IMG/VR virus record: IMGVR_UViG_3300046779_000684
Location: 44,715-108,714 of that record
Reading direction: 5' to 3' (one strand)
Source: a virus
Length of the DNA stretch: 64,000 bases
A model generated the notes under the pieces. The model worked only from the letters and a program-made list of their open reading frames with translations, had not been told where the DNA came from and searched no databases. The position numbers and the translations under genes are program-made. Positions 17,933 to 27,526 of the stretch are shown in pieces (positions within the stretch are counted from its first letter, which is position 1; each line of letters starts with the position of its first letter).

Positions 17933-19609
17933 TTATGGTTTCTTTTTTACTACTCTTTTTTGTGCTTGTTTAAGCAATGCTTGGTCGGAAGGTCTACGAG
18001 AATCAATAACCATTACAGTGTCTCTGTCTGCTACCTGATTAAACATTGTAGATACATCACCGCAACGTCCATTAATGCAACCATAAGACTTGCCTCTTTG
18101 ATCTCCAGGCTTAGTATAGAACTGTTCTCTGTAGGCAGGATCGTAGGTCTGATGCATAGCAATGTTAGTAGCCTTGGCTTTCTTTGTACCAAAAGCATTA
18201 ATAGGCTCTAGGTGTCTGATATTACCGTTATACTCTTTATTGTCCGCAGGAGTTACTTTTCCTTTATCCATTACATAATAACCTGTAGGAGTCACTCTAC
18301 CTGATTTATTCTTTTCTAACTCAGCCACACTATAGTTATTAACGTCTGCATACATGTTGCGGTTTTGACCAGTCAATACAGGGATTTGAAAGTTCTTGTC
18401 TTTACCAAAAACAAAAGTTTCATTTGTACCTCTATCAACCACTACTCCTGTATAAGGCAACTGACGTTTATCTACTACCGTTGGCTTTTTTTTTTCAGGA
18501 CTGCCAGGGGTTTGTATAGGTGTTCTACTCTGTGTTGCTTTTGCAGCTTGGTACAGGGGTTTGCTAGCAGTCTTGTTAATAGAAGTAACTGGGGTATTAA
18601 AATTCATTTTAAAATTACCCGGCATGTCAGCCCTAGAAGGACCCATAGTACCTTTAGCAACAGGCGTGTTAAAGTTCATCTTGAAGTTACCTGGCAGATC
18701 AGCTCTTGATGGTCTCATCTCACCAGTAGACTTAGCAGTAGTAGAAGCAGGCTTTAGCATGTACTTCTCATAGGCAGCCTGTGTCTTTGGTCCCCATGCA
18801 CCGTCAGTAGCTAATCCTGCACCATACTTTTTGTTAAGCATCATCTGATAGTCTTTTACCTTAGCCATCTCAAGAGCTTTGTTGTCTTCTTTCAACATAG
18901 CTTTAGCTTGAGTTAACTTTGGATCAATTGACTCAACTCTTGGAGTCTGGTCCATACCTTCAGCATTAGACATAGCTTTAACTGCAGGTTTAGCATCAAC
19001 TGGTGCTGGCTTAGGTCCTTGAATAGCTTTGCCATTCAACATACCTAACTGAGCATAAAGTCTACCACCACGCATCATAGACAAAGGTGCCATTTGATTC
19101 TCAGGAACTCCGTTCTTCTTCTCCTGCAACTGTGCTTCTCTTTCGCCCAACATTTCTTTTCTACGCATAGTATTGGAGTCCATCAAGTTAATCTGGGTAG
19201 GATCAGTGCTTTCCATCTCCATACCGTCTTGACCGTACTTATCTTTTGATCTTATAGTAGACATCTTAGGTACTACCTTTGACTGACCTTTATTGCTTTT
19301 TATTGCAAAGTTCTTGGTAGTCTTAGTAGCTATAGGAGTTGAAGTAGTCATCATCCCCATCTCACCCTTACGCATTCCTGCAAGAGTCTTAGCTAGGTTA
19401 GCTCTCTTTACAGTCGTTGAAGAGAAGTCTTCTTTATTAGCAAGTACTTTATCACGGAACGCAGGGACAGTCATGCCTGCACCTTTAGCCTGGGCTGTAA
19501 ATGAGCCTGGCTTCTTGATAGCAGATTGAATCCAGTTACCTCCGGATTTCATTTTTGTTTTGCCACCGCATTCTAAACAGGTTGAGTAGGATTTCCTTAA
19601 ACGATTCAT
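17933..19609 (-). CDS. Modular virion protein, 558 aa: PG-binding module plus C-terminal YkuD/L,D-transpeptidase-like domain
   Basis: DGAWGPKT PGBD motif; TG...TPTG.Y...AMH-x21-SYGCIN (His 18152-18154, Cys 18077-18079). Confidence 0.75.
   Translation of the reverse strand: MNRLRKSYSTCLECGGKTKMKSGGNWIQSAIKKPGSFTAQAKGAGMTVPAFRDKVLANKEDFSSTTVKRANLAKTLAGMRKGEMGMMTTSTPIATKTTKNFAIKSNKGQSKVVPKMSTIRSKDKYGQDGMEMESTDPTQINLMDSNTMRRKEMLGEREAQLQEKKNGVPENQMAPLSMMRGGRLYAQLGMLNGKAIQGPKPAPVDAKPAVKAMSNAEGMDQTPRVESIDPKLTQAKAMLKEDNKALEMAKVKDYQMMLNKKYGAGLATDGAWGPKTQAAYEKYMLKPASTTAKSTGEMRPSRADLPGNFKMNFNTPVAKGTMGPSRADMPGNFKMNFNTPVTSINKTASKPLYQAAKATQSRTPIQTPGSPEKKKPTVVDKRQLPYTGVVVDRGTNETFVFGKDKNFQIPVLTGQNRNMYADVNNYSVAELEKNKSGRVTPTGYYVMDKGKVTPADNKEYNGNIRHLEPINAFGTKKAKATNIAMHQTYDPAYREQFYTKPGDQRGKSYGCINGRCGDVSTMFNQVADRDTVMVIDSRRPSDQALLKQAQKRVVKKKP
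18587..18718 (-). repeat. Intragenic tandem duplication, 72-nt period
   Basis: MRPSRADLPGNFKMNFNTPV versus MGPSRADMPGNFKMNFNTPV (18/20 aa identical); most DNA differences are synonymous. Confidence 0.9.
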
Positions 19610-19610
19610 T

Positions 19611-19994
19611 TTATGTAAGAGTTAATTGGTAGATAGTACTAGAGATTAAAGCTAAGATTTCGTCCACAATATTTTGAATGTGGGTGTTGTCTGAACCAAA
19701 AACACCACGGTGCTTTTTGAGGTAGTCAAACATCTGGGTTAAGTGCTGATTAGCATTCACATATTCAGATGCAGGAATCTTGAAGTTAATTCGCTTACCA
19801 CCCAAGGTTCCAAAGTAAGCTTCGATTAGATCGTCGGTTAGTCCTAGAATTCCACTGTAGTAAGCATCCAATGCTTTATGCTCGGAATAGTTAAGTGTCT
19901 GAAGGTGAACAATGTGCATTGTATCCCTAGATTGAAACAACTGTCCAAATACTATCTCTGGCTTAACAGTTGTAAAAATTTCTTTGTCTTTCAT
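19611..19994 (-). CDS. Small ferritin-like four-helix-bundle protein (DUF5856-like)
   Basis: H-x-x-H-L-Q-T...EHKALDAYY...D.LIEAY motif recalled for this phage family. Confidence 0.6.
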   Translation of the reverse strand: MKDKEIFTTVKPEIVFGQLFQSRDTMHIVHLQTLNYSEHKALDAYYSGILGLTDDLIEAYFGTLGGKRINFKIPASEYVNANQHLTQMFDYLKKHRGVFGSDNTHIQNIVDEILALISSTIYQLTLT

Positions 19995-19996
19995 GA

Positions 19997-22900
19997 TTAT
20001 AAGGCAGTTTGGTTGATTTGATTAATTTGCAAACTGTTCACAAATTTATATCTATTGTACTTATCTTGAATTAATCTTACTTTAGTAAAGTCGGCCTTGA
20101 TCTTATTCTTCTGATAAGATAATCCTACGTTACGTATTGCTTTCATGTTTGGCAACTTATCAATAGGGTAACTAGTTAACAAGTCTACCCACTTAGTTGT
20201 CCATAGAGGCTGTCCGTTTGCTTGAGCAGCAATGTTCCAGAAACCATTGAAAGTATACTTGTTTTCTCTGCGAGACAACAAAGTTTCAATTCCAGCAGTT
20301 CCCATTCTAGGATACATAAGTTTCTGTCTAGTATTACCAAACACTTCTGGTATCAAGTTAATAATACCTGAAGACTGTTCTCTGTTATAGATAATAGCCT
20401 TTGTGAAGTTCGCAACATTCTTATTGTTCGTAGTAGCCAATGAGTAGTACTCGGTCTTGCTGTAGTACTCCTGAATCTCTGCAATCAAAGAAACTGAGTT
20501 TAAGATAGAGTTTATTGGTAAGCTATTCACCACGTACTCGATGATGTATGGATACAACTTACCATAGTAAGTTTGGTACAAGTAAGGATGTAGGTTATGG
20601 TTCCACAAAGAACTACCTGCACTAGTTGTTCTGATTGTCTGGAAGTGACCTAGTTGAGCAACGTAGAAGTTAGGTAAGAAAGAATAGAACGAGATGAAGT
20701 TCTTCAACTTAGGTGCGTAGGCAACTGTCCAAGACTTGTTCTCAAAGTAAGTACTGTTAGTCAAGGAAACTCTAGTAATAGTGGTTCCCGTCTTCAGTAC
20801 ATAGTACTTATAGTTAGCATCTAGTCTATCGGTGATATAGAGTATCTCTGATGCGTTTCCTTTTCTAAACTCAGGTCTAACTCTGTAATCCAACTTAGTG
20901 ATGAACACACGCTCAAATCGCTCATCCCATCCCATAGTAATCCCAATACCCAAAGAAGGTACGTCAACATCTGCTTCTGGCAAATCTTTAATTATCTGGA
21001 ATGGAAGGTTCTCTTTGAACCAGTTGTAGTTAAGCTCTGATTTGATTTCGTTAAAGCCTTCTCCTGTGATCTGATATACGTGACCACGCTTAGCATCTAC
21101 CCAGAAGGTTCCATACTCACAACGTACATAAGCTTTGTGTTGGCTTCCGATATAACCTAAGTCAGTAGCGGCCAAGTCAACAGGCTTTTGCTTAAACATA
21201 TCTGCATTACCTATCTCCAACTGATAAGGAGAAGTAGAGGTAAGTACGATACGTGCGTTGTATACTTTAGTAGTGTTTTCAAAACGAGCATACACTCTCT
21301 CGCTCTCACCAGCATTCAAATCAATTAAGCGACCACCTTGCTTAGGGAAATCATAGAAGTTACCTGGGCGGAAGTTAAGCCATTTATCTGTCAACAGATT
21401 AGACTTACTAGCTTGGTCTGAATAGATTACACGATTCTGGTGATTCACTAAACACTCCAAGGAAGGATACTTTAACCTGTAAGGCATGTTAGGACTTAGG
21501 TTCTGGGCCGAGTAGGTAGCGTTGTAATGGTAGAAGTTATCGTATTTAATAGGTACAGTAGCTTCTTGCAACCAATCGTCAGGAATACCCCCACCTACGT
21601 TAGGATAGAAGTTTTCTTTATCAGTATCTCTACCGTGACGGAAATGGGTATTAACGTCAGACTCTACAAAGAATATCGGAAGTCCGTAAGAAGCTGTATA
21701 GAAATGACCATCCTGATAGTATCTGTGGTCACTAGAACCGTCGAGAGTAGTCTTCTTAGTAAACTTACTCCAGAGTTCATTCAAGCCTTCCATGATACCT
21801 AGGTTAATTGTGTACACACCGATGACAGCCAATGCACCTCCAGCACTTATCCCAGCAATACCTAAGACAACACCTGCAGATAACAATGCAAAGGCAGTAG
21901 CAACTTCGCCAGCACTAATTGCATTAACATTACTAGTAGTACCTATGTAGTAGGTTGGATATGCCATGTTAGGGAATAACCAGTAATCAAAAGGTACTTC
22001 ATCTACTTTGGCAGGAAGATTAACTAGGTTTCTTGTAAAGAAAGAATGTTTACGTTTGAACGAGAATGGTGTGATGTAAGTATCCCCACCGAAAGCAGGG
22101 TAGTACTTGTATTCAAGACTTACACCTCCCCCAGCACTTCTATACAAATCAACTGCATAACCAGTGGATACGTATTTAATGTTTTCAATCTGTCCGTACT
22201 GATTAGGAAATTGACGTTTAACAGAACTATAGTAAGCACGACTTGCACGTCTTTGGTGTTCTGTAGTTGCGTTTACTGTGTGTCCCTCGTCATTAACTGT
22301 AGCTCCTGTCTCGTCAACCAAGGTTGTAGCAGAGGTAATATATCTAGAGTTATCTACTAACTGAGATTCAATGTTTTTAATAAAGTCTTTTACCTTAAGA
22401 TAAACAGAAGTTTCTCTCAAGCGGTTGTGAAGCGGGGCATCATCAAATACTTGTACAATCCTTTCGTTAGCATAATAACCCAACTCAATAAATCTACGAC
22501 TACTACCAAAGTGTGCACCAGTAACCAAAGGATTAATGGCTACATATTGGTTATAGTTTGCAATAGAATTATATTGGTAAGCAAAGTTTACAAATGGAAT
22601 CAGCTTCTCAACTAAGTCAAGCATTACCTGTTCGTTGGCAAGAAGCTTGTCGTAGCGAATATCAAAGCGAGCATTATTAGACAAGCCTCCCATAACAGAT
22701 ATATCTGTCTCAGTTGTACCAGAAACGTTTGCTGATAAGATAGCAGACAAACGTCCTGCATCTCTAAACGCACCTTCTTGGAGGAATCTATACTGAGGAT
22801 GTTCAGCCACGGGAACAAAGTGCCCAAGTACTCTACCGTATTCTACAGTTTCAAGCTTCAACTCAGTTCCTATTTTTGGAAACTGAAAGCTTGTATCAGG

Positions 22901-25900
22901 AGAGTAAAAAGTAAATCTGTTGTTACCTCCGTTGTATCCGTAAGTTCTGAATCCGCCTACACGACCAATCCCATCTACAAAAGCAGAATCGGTAATAAAT
23001 ACTTGTCTGGATTCATCATACCAACGAGAAGCATTCATCAAATAAGGATCTAGACGCAAGTCATTGTATGGGTAGTTAGAGTAATAGTACTTCTTATCAT
23101 TAGTGCTATCATAGTACTCTCCTACATCATAAAGTAATCCTTTAGCAATTACAGATTTATTACCTACACGGTTACCTCTTACAATCTCATATCCGCAAAT
23201 AACATCTTTGATAGGTATCTCTTTGCGTTTGATAGGATCGTATACAGTGTAAGCATAAGTTCCATCGGCATTCTTCTGATTTAACAAACTAAGCAAAGAT
23301 GCTTCGTCTAGACGAACTCCGATTGGATGTAAAATACTTTGACTCTCTACATCAACTGATGAATCGGCCGGAGAACCAGAAGCAATGTCATGGTCATGGA
23401 TGTGGGTAACAGCTGAGTCAGGAAACTTGTGATGGCGAATAGGTTTACCTGCCAATGCTTCTGGGTTGTAGTAAGGAGCGTTAGGGTCGGTAGATTGTTC
23501 CCAAATCTCATCATAACAAGGATACAACTCGGTAGATTCCCAATAAGCAAACTCTCCTCTAACGTCACTAACAATAGCACAGTTGTATTGTTTCTCAATA
23601 TCTGATGCTAAGTCCTTATCACTATTTACACTGGTTCCAGGAGAAGCAGTGTTATAGGTTTTCCAAACAGGTAATTGATCTGGGATAGTACAGTCGGTCT
23701 GTGCTACAAACACGTCTTTGTTACTAGAACCATCTAGTAAAGTAGTATCACCAAAGTTTGAGTTCTGTGGTAGGCTAGAGAAAGCAGTTCTTCCGGGAAT
23801 GTGGAATACGTCTGTGTACTTACCATTATTCATTCGGAACTTAATACCAAATGGATACACTTCATCCCTCTGGTAAGTTCTGAAGAAGTAAGCAACTTCA
23901 GGAGATGAATAATCAAACTGACCATCGGCCGGCATCTTTACTGTTTCCCAAAGTAACTTTAATCTGCTAGCAAAACGTTGGAAGTTGTATCTAGGTGCTT
24001 CTTCAAGGTCAGCAAGCATCAGGATGTCATTCTGCTTCTCAATAATGTTAGCAGTGTCATATCTAGGACTTCTAACTACAGGAGCGATTGTAGAGAAAGT
24101 AGTCTTATAGTCGCCTGTGTAGATTACAGTGTCTTGGTCTGTAATTTGATTTACTCGATACACACCTACTAAGTGGTATGTGTTCGTTGTATTCACTGTC
24201 TCCGCTACTACTAAACTGAAGTACTCAAATATGCGAGTCTTGTGCTTAATGTTAACTGTAATAGACTTGGAAGTAACGTACTCCGTCTGCTCTGTTATCG
24301 TTCTCTCAAATACTGGAATAGGATTACTATAGTCTGTATAGTCTACAAACTCATCTCCATTCTCATCACAGTATGCTATGGCAAAAGAGTAAACACCTGC
24401 TGCCAACATACCACCACTGTCTACAGAGGTAGCGTGAACTTCTGGGATGCAGAAATTAGGAAATAACTTAGAGTCCTCACAACTTTCCTTAATGCACGTA
24501 CGATTCTTCCCACAGGCGTCTTTTCCATAAGGATACAAATCAGAAAAATAGCGAGGTGGATTATTCCTACTAATATAATAAACTTTGGTTTCACAATCAT
24601 CTATACGATACTCTGCATTTACTGGAAAGGCAGGATCAAAATTCAAACAGCAGTTTCCTTTAGCAAACACTCCGGTTGAAGTATCCTCTACTTGAACCTC
24701 TTGAATTATTTCTATGTAAGGACCTTCAATAAGTACTGTGCCTTTTCTAGCTGTGAATCTCTTAGACTCACCTAAAATAAAGTCACGAACAATGTTACCG
24801 TCACAATCCTCATAAGTGAATTCTTTCTCAATGATAAGATTTTCATTAGTCAGATCCGTTGTTAATCCGATTACATACTCATAACAACTTTGTGCACATT
24901 CATCTAGGCAGTTGTCAATGATTATATCCTCATACTTACAACAAGTAGATGGGACAGTGACTTCCTCTCTTTCTGCTGTAATTACGGTACTACAAGATGC
25001 TACGCAGTTTTCGTCTACAGTTAGTACGTATCCATCTGGACAAGCATTCTCTGTTTCTGTAAAGTAGGAACCTCTTTTTGGCAAAGAACTAATCTGCTCA
25101 CCATTACTACGAGCAATAGATGCGGTCAGAATTGCTTGGGTAAGGTTTGGATCCAACAACTGAGCTAAAGAAATGTCATACACTTCATAAGCAAACATAC
25201 CAATACCTGCAGTGTTCTTATACTCAAATCGGAATACGTGTCTACCTGCAGTTAAGGTGATTGGGAAGAAGTGAAGTCTTGACCAAAGATTAGATGCTGC
25301 CCCACCTAGAATCTTAGAAGGAGTTACAGGATCAAAGTCAAAGATTAAAACGTTGTCTACAAAAACACGAAGTGAGTCATCTGCAGCTAAAGAGATGTAA
25401 TACTCCTTAGTTTCATCAATACAAACAGTCTCAGCAAAACCAATATACCCAGAAGGATTCTCAGGAGTTACCGTGCTTACAGTATGACACTCTCGGCACA
25501 AACCTCCTGTAGGGTTTAAGTCTGCTTGAACTGCAATACTTTTTAAGTAAGTACTTACGTTAAATGTACCTATGCCATTAGGGTTCCAGAAGTTAGTACC
25601 ACTCGGTGTAGGTAATTCTGTCTTTATTGTGTAGTAGTCAACAGGGTTTAAAGTAGAGTATGCACTGGTGTATACGTTAGGCAGATAAGCCCCGTGAGTA
25701 GAAAATACACCACAGCCACTACCGTTAACGCAAGTAGCAATTACAGGTAGTGTCTGAGAACTCTCAGCAATAGGAACATACTGAACTTTCTTACAAAGGT
25801 TAGTAACGGAATCATAGAAATACCCATCAGGACATTCTAATGTAATTTCATCAGGTGGAAGATCCGTAACAACGTTAGCCGTAGTAATAATAGTACCTGC

Positions 25901-26242
25901 CTTACATCCGCAGTCTTCTTCTGTAACCTCTACGTTTAAGCACGCATCCCCTAAGGCAGTAATCTGACCTATGCGAGAACGTCCGTCTGGGTGAGCAAGA
26001 AATAGAATTACTTTAGATTGCTCAACTATGTTTGTAAAACCTACTACTATAAATCCTGATAGAGTACCTTCGTCAAATCTAAAACACTCTGTATTGCTAG
26101 GTTCGTTTGTATAAGTAACAGAGTCACCGTCATGAGCTTGCACGTTAGCATTTAAAGCCCATGTAATCTGGTTCTCCTTAACTTGCCAGTTAATAGAGTC
26201 CAGGTTAAGACCAATGATATTCTGATTTACTTTATTTTCCAT
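19997..26242 (-). CDS. Tail muzzle / tail-stabilisation protein (crAss-like, P22 gp10-like), 2081 aa, with an N-terminal PA14-like insertion
   Basis: Size, position after the ring proteins, GLNLDS...ALNA N-terminus and W.SF.SF.P C-terminal motifs. Confidence 0.8.
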   Translation of the reverse strand: MENKVNQNIIGLNLDSINWQVKENQITWALNANVQAHDGDSVTYTNEPSNTECFRFDEGTLSGFIVVGFTNIVEQSKVILFLAHPDGRSRIGQITALGDACLNVEVTEEDCGCKAGTIITTANVVTDLPPDEITLECPDGYFYDSVTNLCKKVQYVPIAESSQTLPVIATCVNGSGCGVFSTHGAYLPNVYTSAYSTLNPVDYYTIKTELPTPSGTNFWNPNGIGTFNVSTYLKSIAVQADLNPTGGLCRECHTVSTVTPENPSGYIGFAETVCIDETKEYYISLAADDSLRVFVDNVLIFDFDPVTPSKILGGAASNLWSRLHFFPITLTAGRHVFRFEYKNTAGIGMFAYEVYDISLAQLLDPNLTQAILTASIARSNGEQISSLPKRGSYFTETENACPDGYVLTVDENCVASCSTVITAEREEVTVPSTCCKYEDIIIDNCLDECAQSCYEYVIGLTTDLTNENLIIEKEFTYEDCDGNIVRDFILGESKRFTARKGTVLIEGPYIEIIQEVQVEDTSTGVFAKGNCCLNFDPAFPVNAEYRIDDCETKVYYISRNNPPRYFSDLYPYGKDACGKNRTCIKESCEDSKLFPNFCIPEVHATSVDSGGMLAAGVYSFAIAYCDENGDEFVDYTDYSNPIPVFERTITEQTEYVTSKSITVNIKHKTRIFEYFSLVVAETVNTTNTYHLVGVYRVNQITDQDTVIYTGDYKTTFSTIAPVVRSPRYDTANIIEKQNDILMLADLEEAPRYNFQRFASRLKLLWETVKMPADGQFDYSSPEVAYFFRTYQRDEVYPFGIKFRMNNGKYTDVFHIPGRTAFSSLPQNSNFGDTTLLDGSSNKDVFVAQTDCTIPDQLPVWKTYNTASPGTSVNSDKDLASDIEKQYNCAIVSDVRGEFAYWESTELYPCYDEIWEQSTDPNAPYYNPEALAGKPIRHHKFPDSAVTHIHDHDIASGSPADSSVDVESQSILHPIGVRLDEASLLSLLNQKNADGTYAYTVYDPIKRKEIPIKDVICGYEIVRGNRVGNKSVIAKGLLYDVGEYYDSTNDKKYYYSNYPYNDLRLDPYLMNASRWYDESRQVFITDSAFVDGIGRVGGFRTYGYNGGNNRFTFYSPDTSFQFPKIGTELKLETVEYGRVLGHFVPVAEHPQYRFLQEGAFRDAGRLSAILSANVSGTTETDISVMGGLSNNARFDIRYDKLLANEQVMLDLVEKLIPFVNFAYQYNSIANYNQYVAINPLVTGAHFGSSRRFIELGYYANERIVQVFDDAPLHNRLRETSVYLKVKDFIKNIESQLVDNSRYITSATTLVDETGATVNDEGHTVNATTEHQRRASRAYYSSVKRQFPNQYGQIENIKYVSTGYAVDLYRSAGGGVSLEYKYYPAFGGDTYITPFSFKRKHSFFTRNLVNLPAKVDEVPFDYWLFPNMAYPTYYIGTTSNVNAISAGEVATAFALLSAGVVLGIAGISAGGALAVIGVYTINLGIMEGLNELWSKFTKKTTLDGSSDHRYYQDGHFYTASYGLPIFFVESDVNTHFRHGRDTDKENFYPNVGGGIPDDWLQEATVPIKYDNFYHYNATYSAQNLSPNMPYRLKYPSLECLVNHQNRVIYSDQASKSNLLTDKWLNFRPGNFYDFPKQGGRLIDLNAGESERVYARFENTTKVYNARIVLTSTSPYQLEIGNADMFKQKPVDLAATDLGYIGSQHKAYVRCEYGTFWVDAKRGHVYQITGEGFNEIKSELNYNWFKENLPFQIIKDLPEADVDVPSLGIGITMGWDERFERVFITKLDYRVRPEFRKGNASEILYITDRLDANYKYYVLKTGTTITRVSLTNSTYFENKSWTVAYAPKLKNFISFYSFLPNFYVAQLGHFQTIRTTSAGSSLWNHNLHPYLYQTYYGKLYPYIIEYVVNSLPINSILNSVSLIAEIQEYYSKTEYYSLATTNNKNVANFTKAIIYNREQSSGIINLIPEVFGNTRQKLMYPRMGTAGIETLLSRRENKYTFNGFWNIAAQANGQPLWTTKWVDLLTSYPIDKLPNMKAIRNVGLSYQKNKIKADFTKVRLIQDKYNRYKFVNSLQINQINQTAL

Positions 26243-27078
26243 TAAATGATATGGTATTTAACAAACTTATTACGTGCCTTTACAACGCTATCGGCACTCT
26301 GTTGTTTAGTCTTAGTCAACAAATAGCCGAATGCTGCTTGTAGTTTAGCAAGTTGGTCTTGCTTGTAGTACTGGAATTTACGCTCAATCTGAGCAGCAGA
26401 CTCATCTAACTGAGAATGCCAAAGCATCTCAAAGAATTTAAACTTAAGATAAGCCTTAATGTATTCTTCGACTTCTAGTATTTCCGGGATCTTAGGAATA
26501 CCAAACTCATCAGTAGGTCTGGCAAAGTATCTTACGTAGATACAACCTTCCTCAAAGGAAGCAGACATTGTCCGGTTATTATTAATCTGGATTATGTCTG
26601 GGCCTGGTGCGTATAGATTAGCACACTCTTCTGTGCAAAGTGCTTTAGATCCATGGTATACACGGATAGGCCTAGGCATCTTCATGCTGATTTTAAAGCC
26701 AGGGTTTGATACAAAGATCTGCTCAAAGTACTCTGTCTTATTACTGCAGCATTCTCCACTAAAAGAACAATCTGAAGACAAGTAAAAGTATCCGTTCATG
26801 GTAGTAATACCTGAACTAAACTCTATGTGGGAATCATAAAGAGCAGCTCTATCTAGTAGTGCAAAGTCACAGGGAAGCTCTGACTTATAGTTTACAAAGT
26901 GAGCTACAGTCTCTTCAGGTTGAAGAACCATTACCTTAAGCTTACGCAAGGACTGGTCAATGAAAGTAGGAATCAAAACTTCACTAATAGCACCTGCCTC
27001 AAAGTAAGACTTAAGTTCTTGTTTAACTTCCGCCACGATTGGCTCAGAAGATATGAAGTTTATATTTTCGTACTTCAT
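26242..27078 (-). CDS. Tail ring / tubular protein
   Basis: Immediately upstream of the muzzle gene (TAATG overlap), as in crAss-like gene order. Confidence 0.65.
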   Translation of the reverse strand: MKYENINFISSEPIVAEVKQELKSYFEAGAISEVLIPTFIDQSLRKLKVMVLQPEETVAHFVNYKSELPCDFALLDRAALYDSHIEFSSGITTMNGYFYLSSDCSFSGECCSNKTEYFEQIFVSNPGFKISMKMPRPIRVYHGSKALCTEECANLYAPGPDIIQINNNRTMSASFEEGCIYVRYFARPTDEFGIPKIPEILEVEEYIKAYLKFKFFEMLWHSQLDESAAQIERKFQYYKQDQLAKLQAAFGYLLTKTKQQSADSVVKARNKFVKYHII

Positions 27079-27524
27079 CGGTGTATTTCGTTATTTTTTA
27101 TCAATTGGGCTAAGTGTCTTTGGTGCTTTATTGCGAGTCTGAATTTAAAAAATCCTAACTCAGGGAACTTCTTGGAATAACTATAAAGGTGAACCTTATA
27201 GATATACCCGTCAGTATGGGTGTTACGATACGGTGCCCAGATGCCTGTCTTACGATATCTACCCCAGTCAATGATTGCATGCGATTCACCAAAGGGAGCT
27301 ACCTTAAGTAAACGAAACAACCCTATCTTAGGTATGCGGACAGAGTAAGCACCTGAATACATTTTACTAATCATCCTCTCATGCACCATTTGAGGAATCT
27401 TACTAAACATTTCGTAGGTAATATCAGAACGTTTTGTTTCTTTGAGAAACTGATTGTAAGCTTTTTTGTTAGAGTAGTTTACGTCGGATCGGTAGGTCTT
27501 GTACTTTTTTGGGCTAACTTCCAT
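27075..27524 (-). CDS. IHF/HU-like DNA-binding protein
   Basis: Basic; VRIPKIGLFRL resembles the HU/IHF beta-arm; position between ring genes matches the crAss-like IHF homologue. Confidence 0.55.
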   Translation of the reverse strand: MEVSPKKYKTYRSDVNYSNKKAYNQFLKETKRSDITYEMFSKIPQMVHERMISKMYSGAYSVRIPKIGLFRLLKVAPFGESHAIIDWGRYRKTGIWAPYRNTHTDGYIYKVHLYSYSKKFPELGFFKFRLAIKHQRHLAQLIKNNEIHR

Positions 27525-27526
27525 AA

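Noticed and set aside
18486-18496. Homopolymer run as a frameshift or phase-variation site
   Set aside because: The reading frame is intact (EKKKP) and the downstream YkuD domain is in frame
15548-18865. Duplicated ~100-nt segments as a DGR template/variable repeat pair
   Set aside because: Differences are mostly synonymous rather than adenine-specific, and there is no reverse transcriptase in the window
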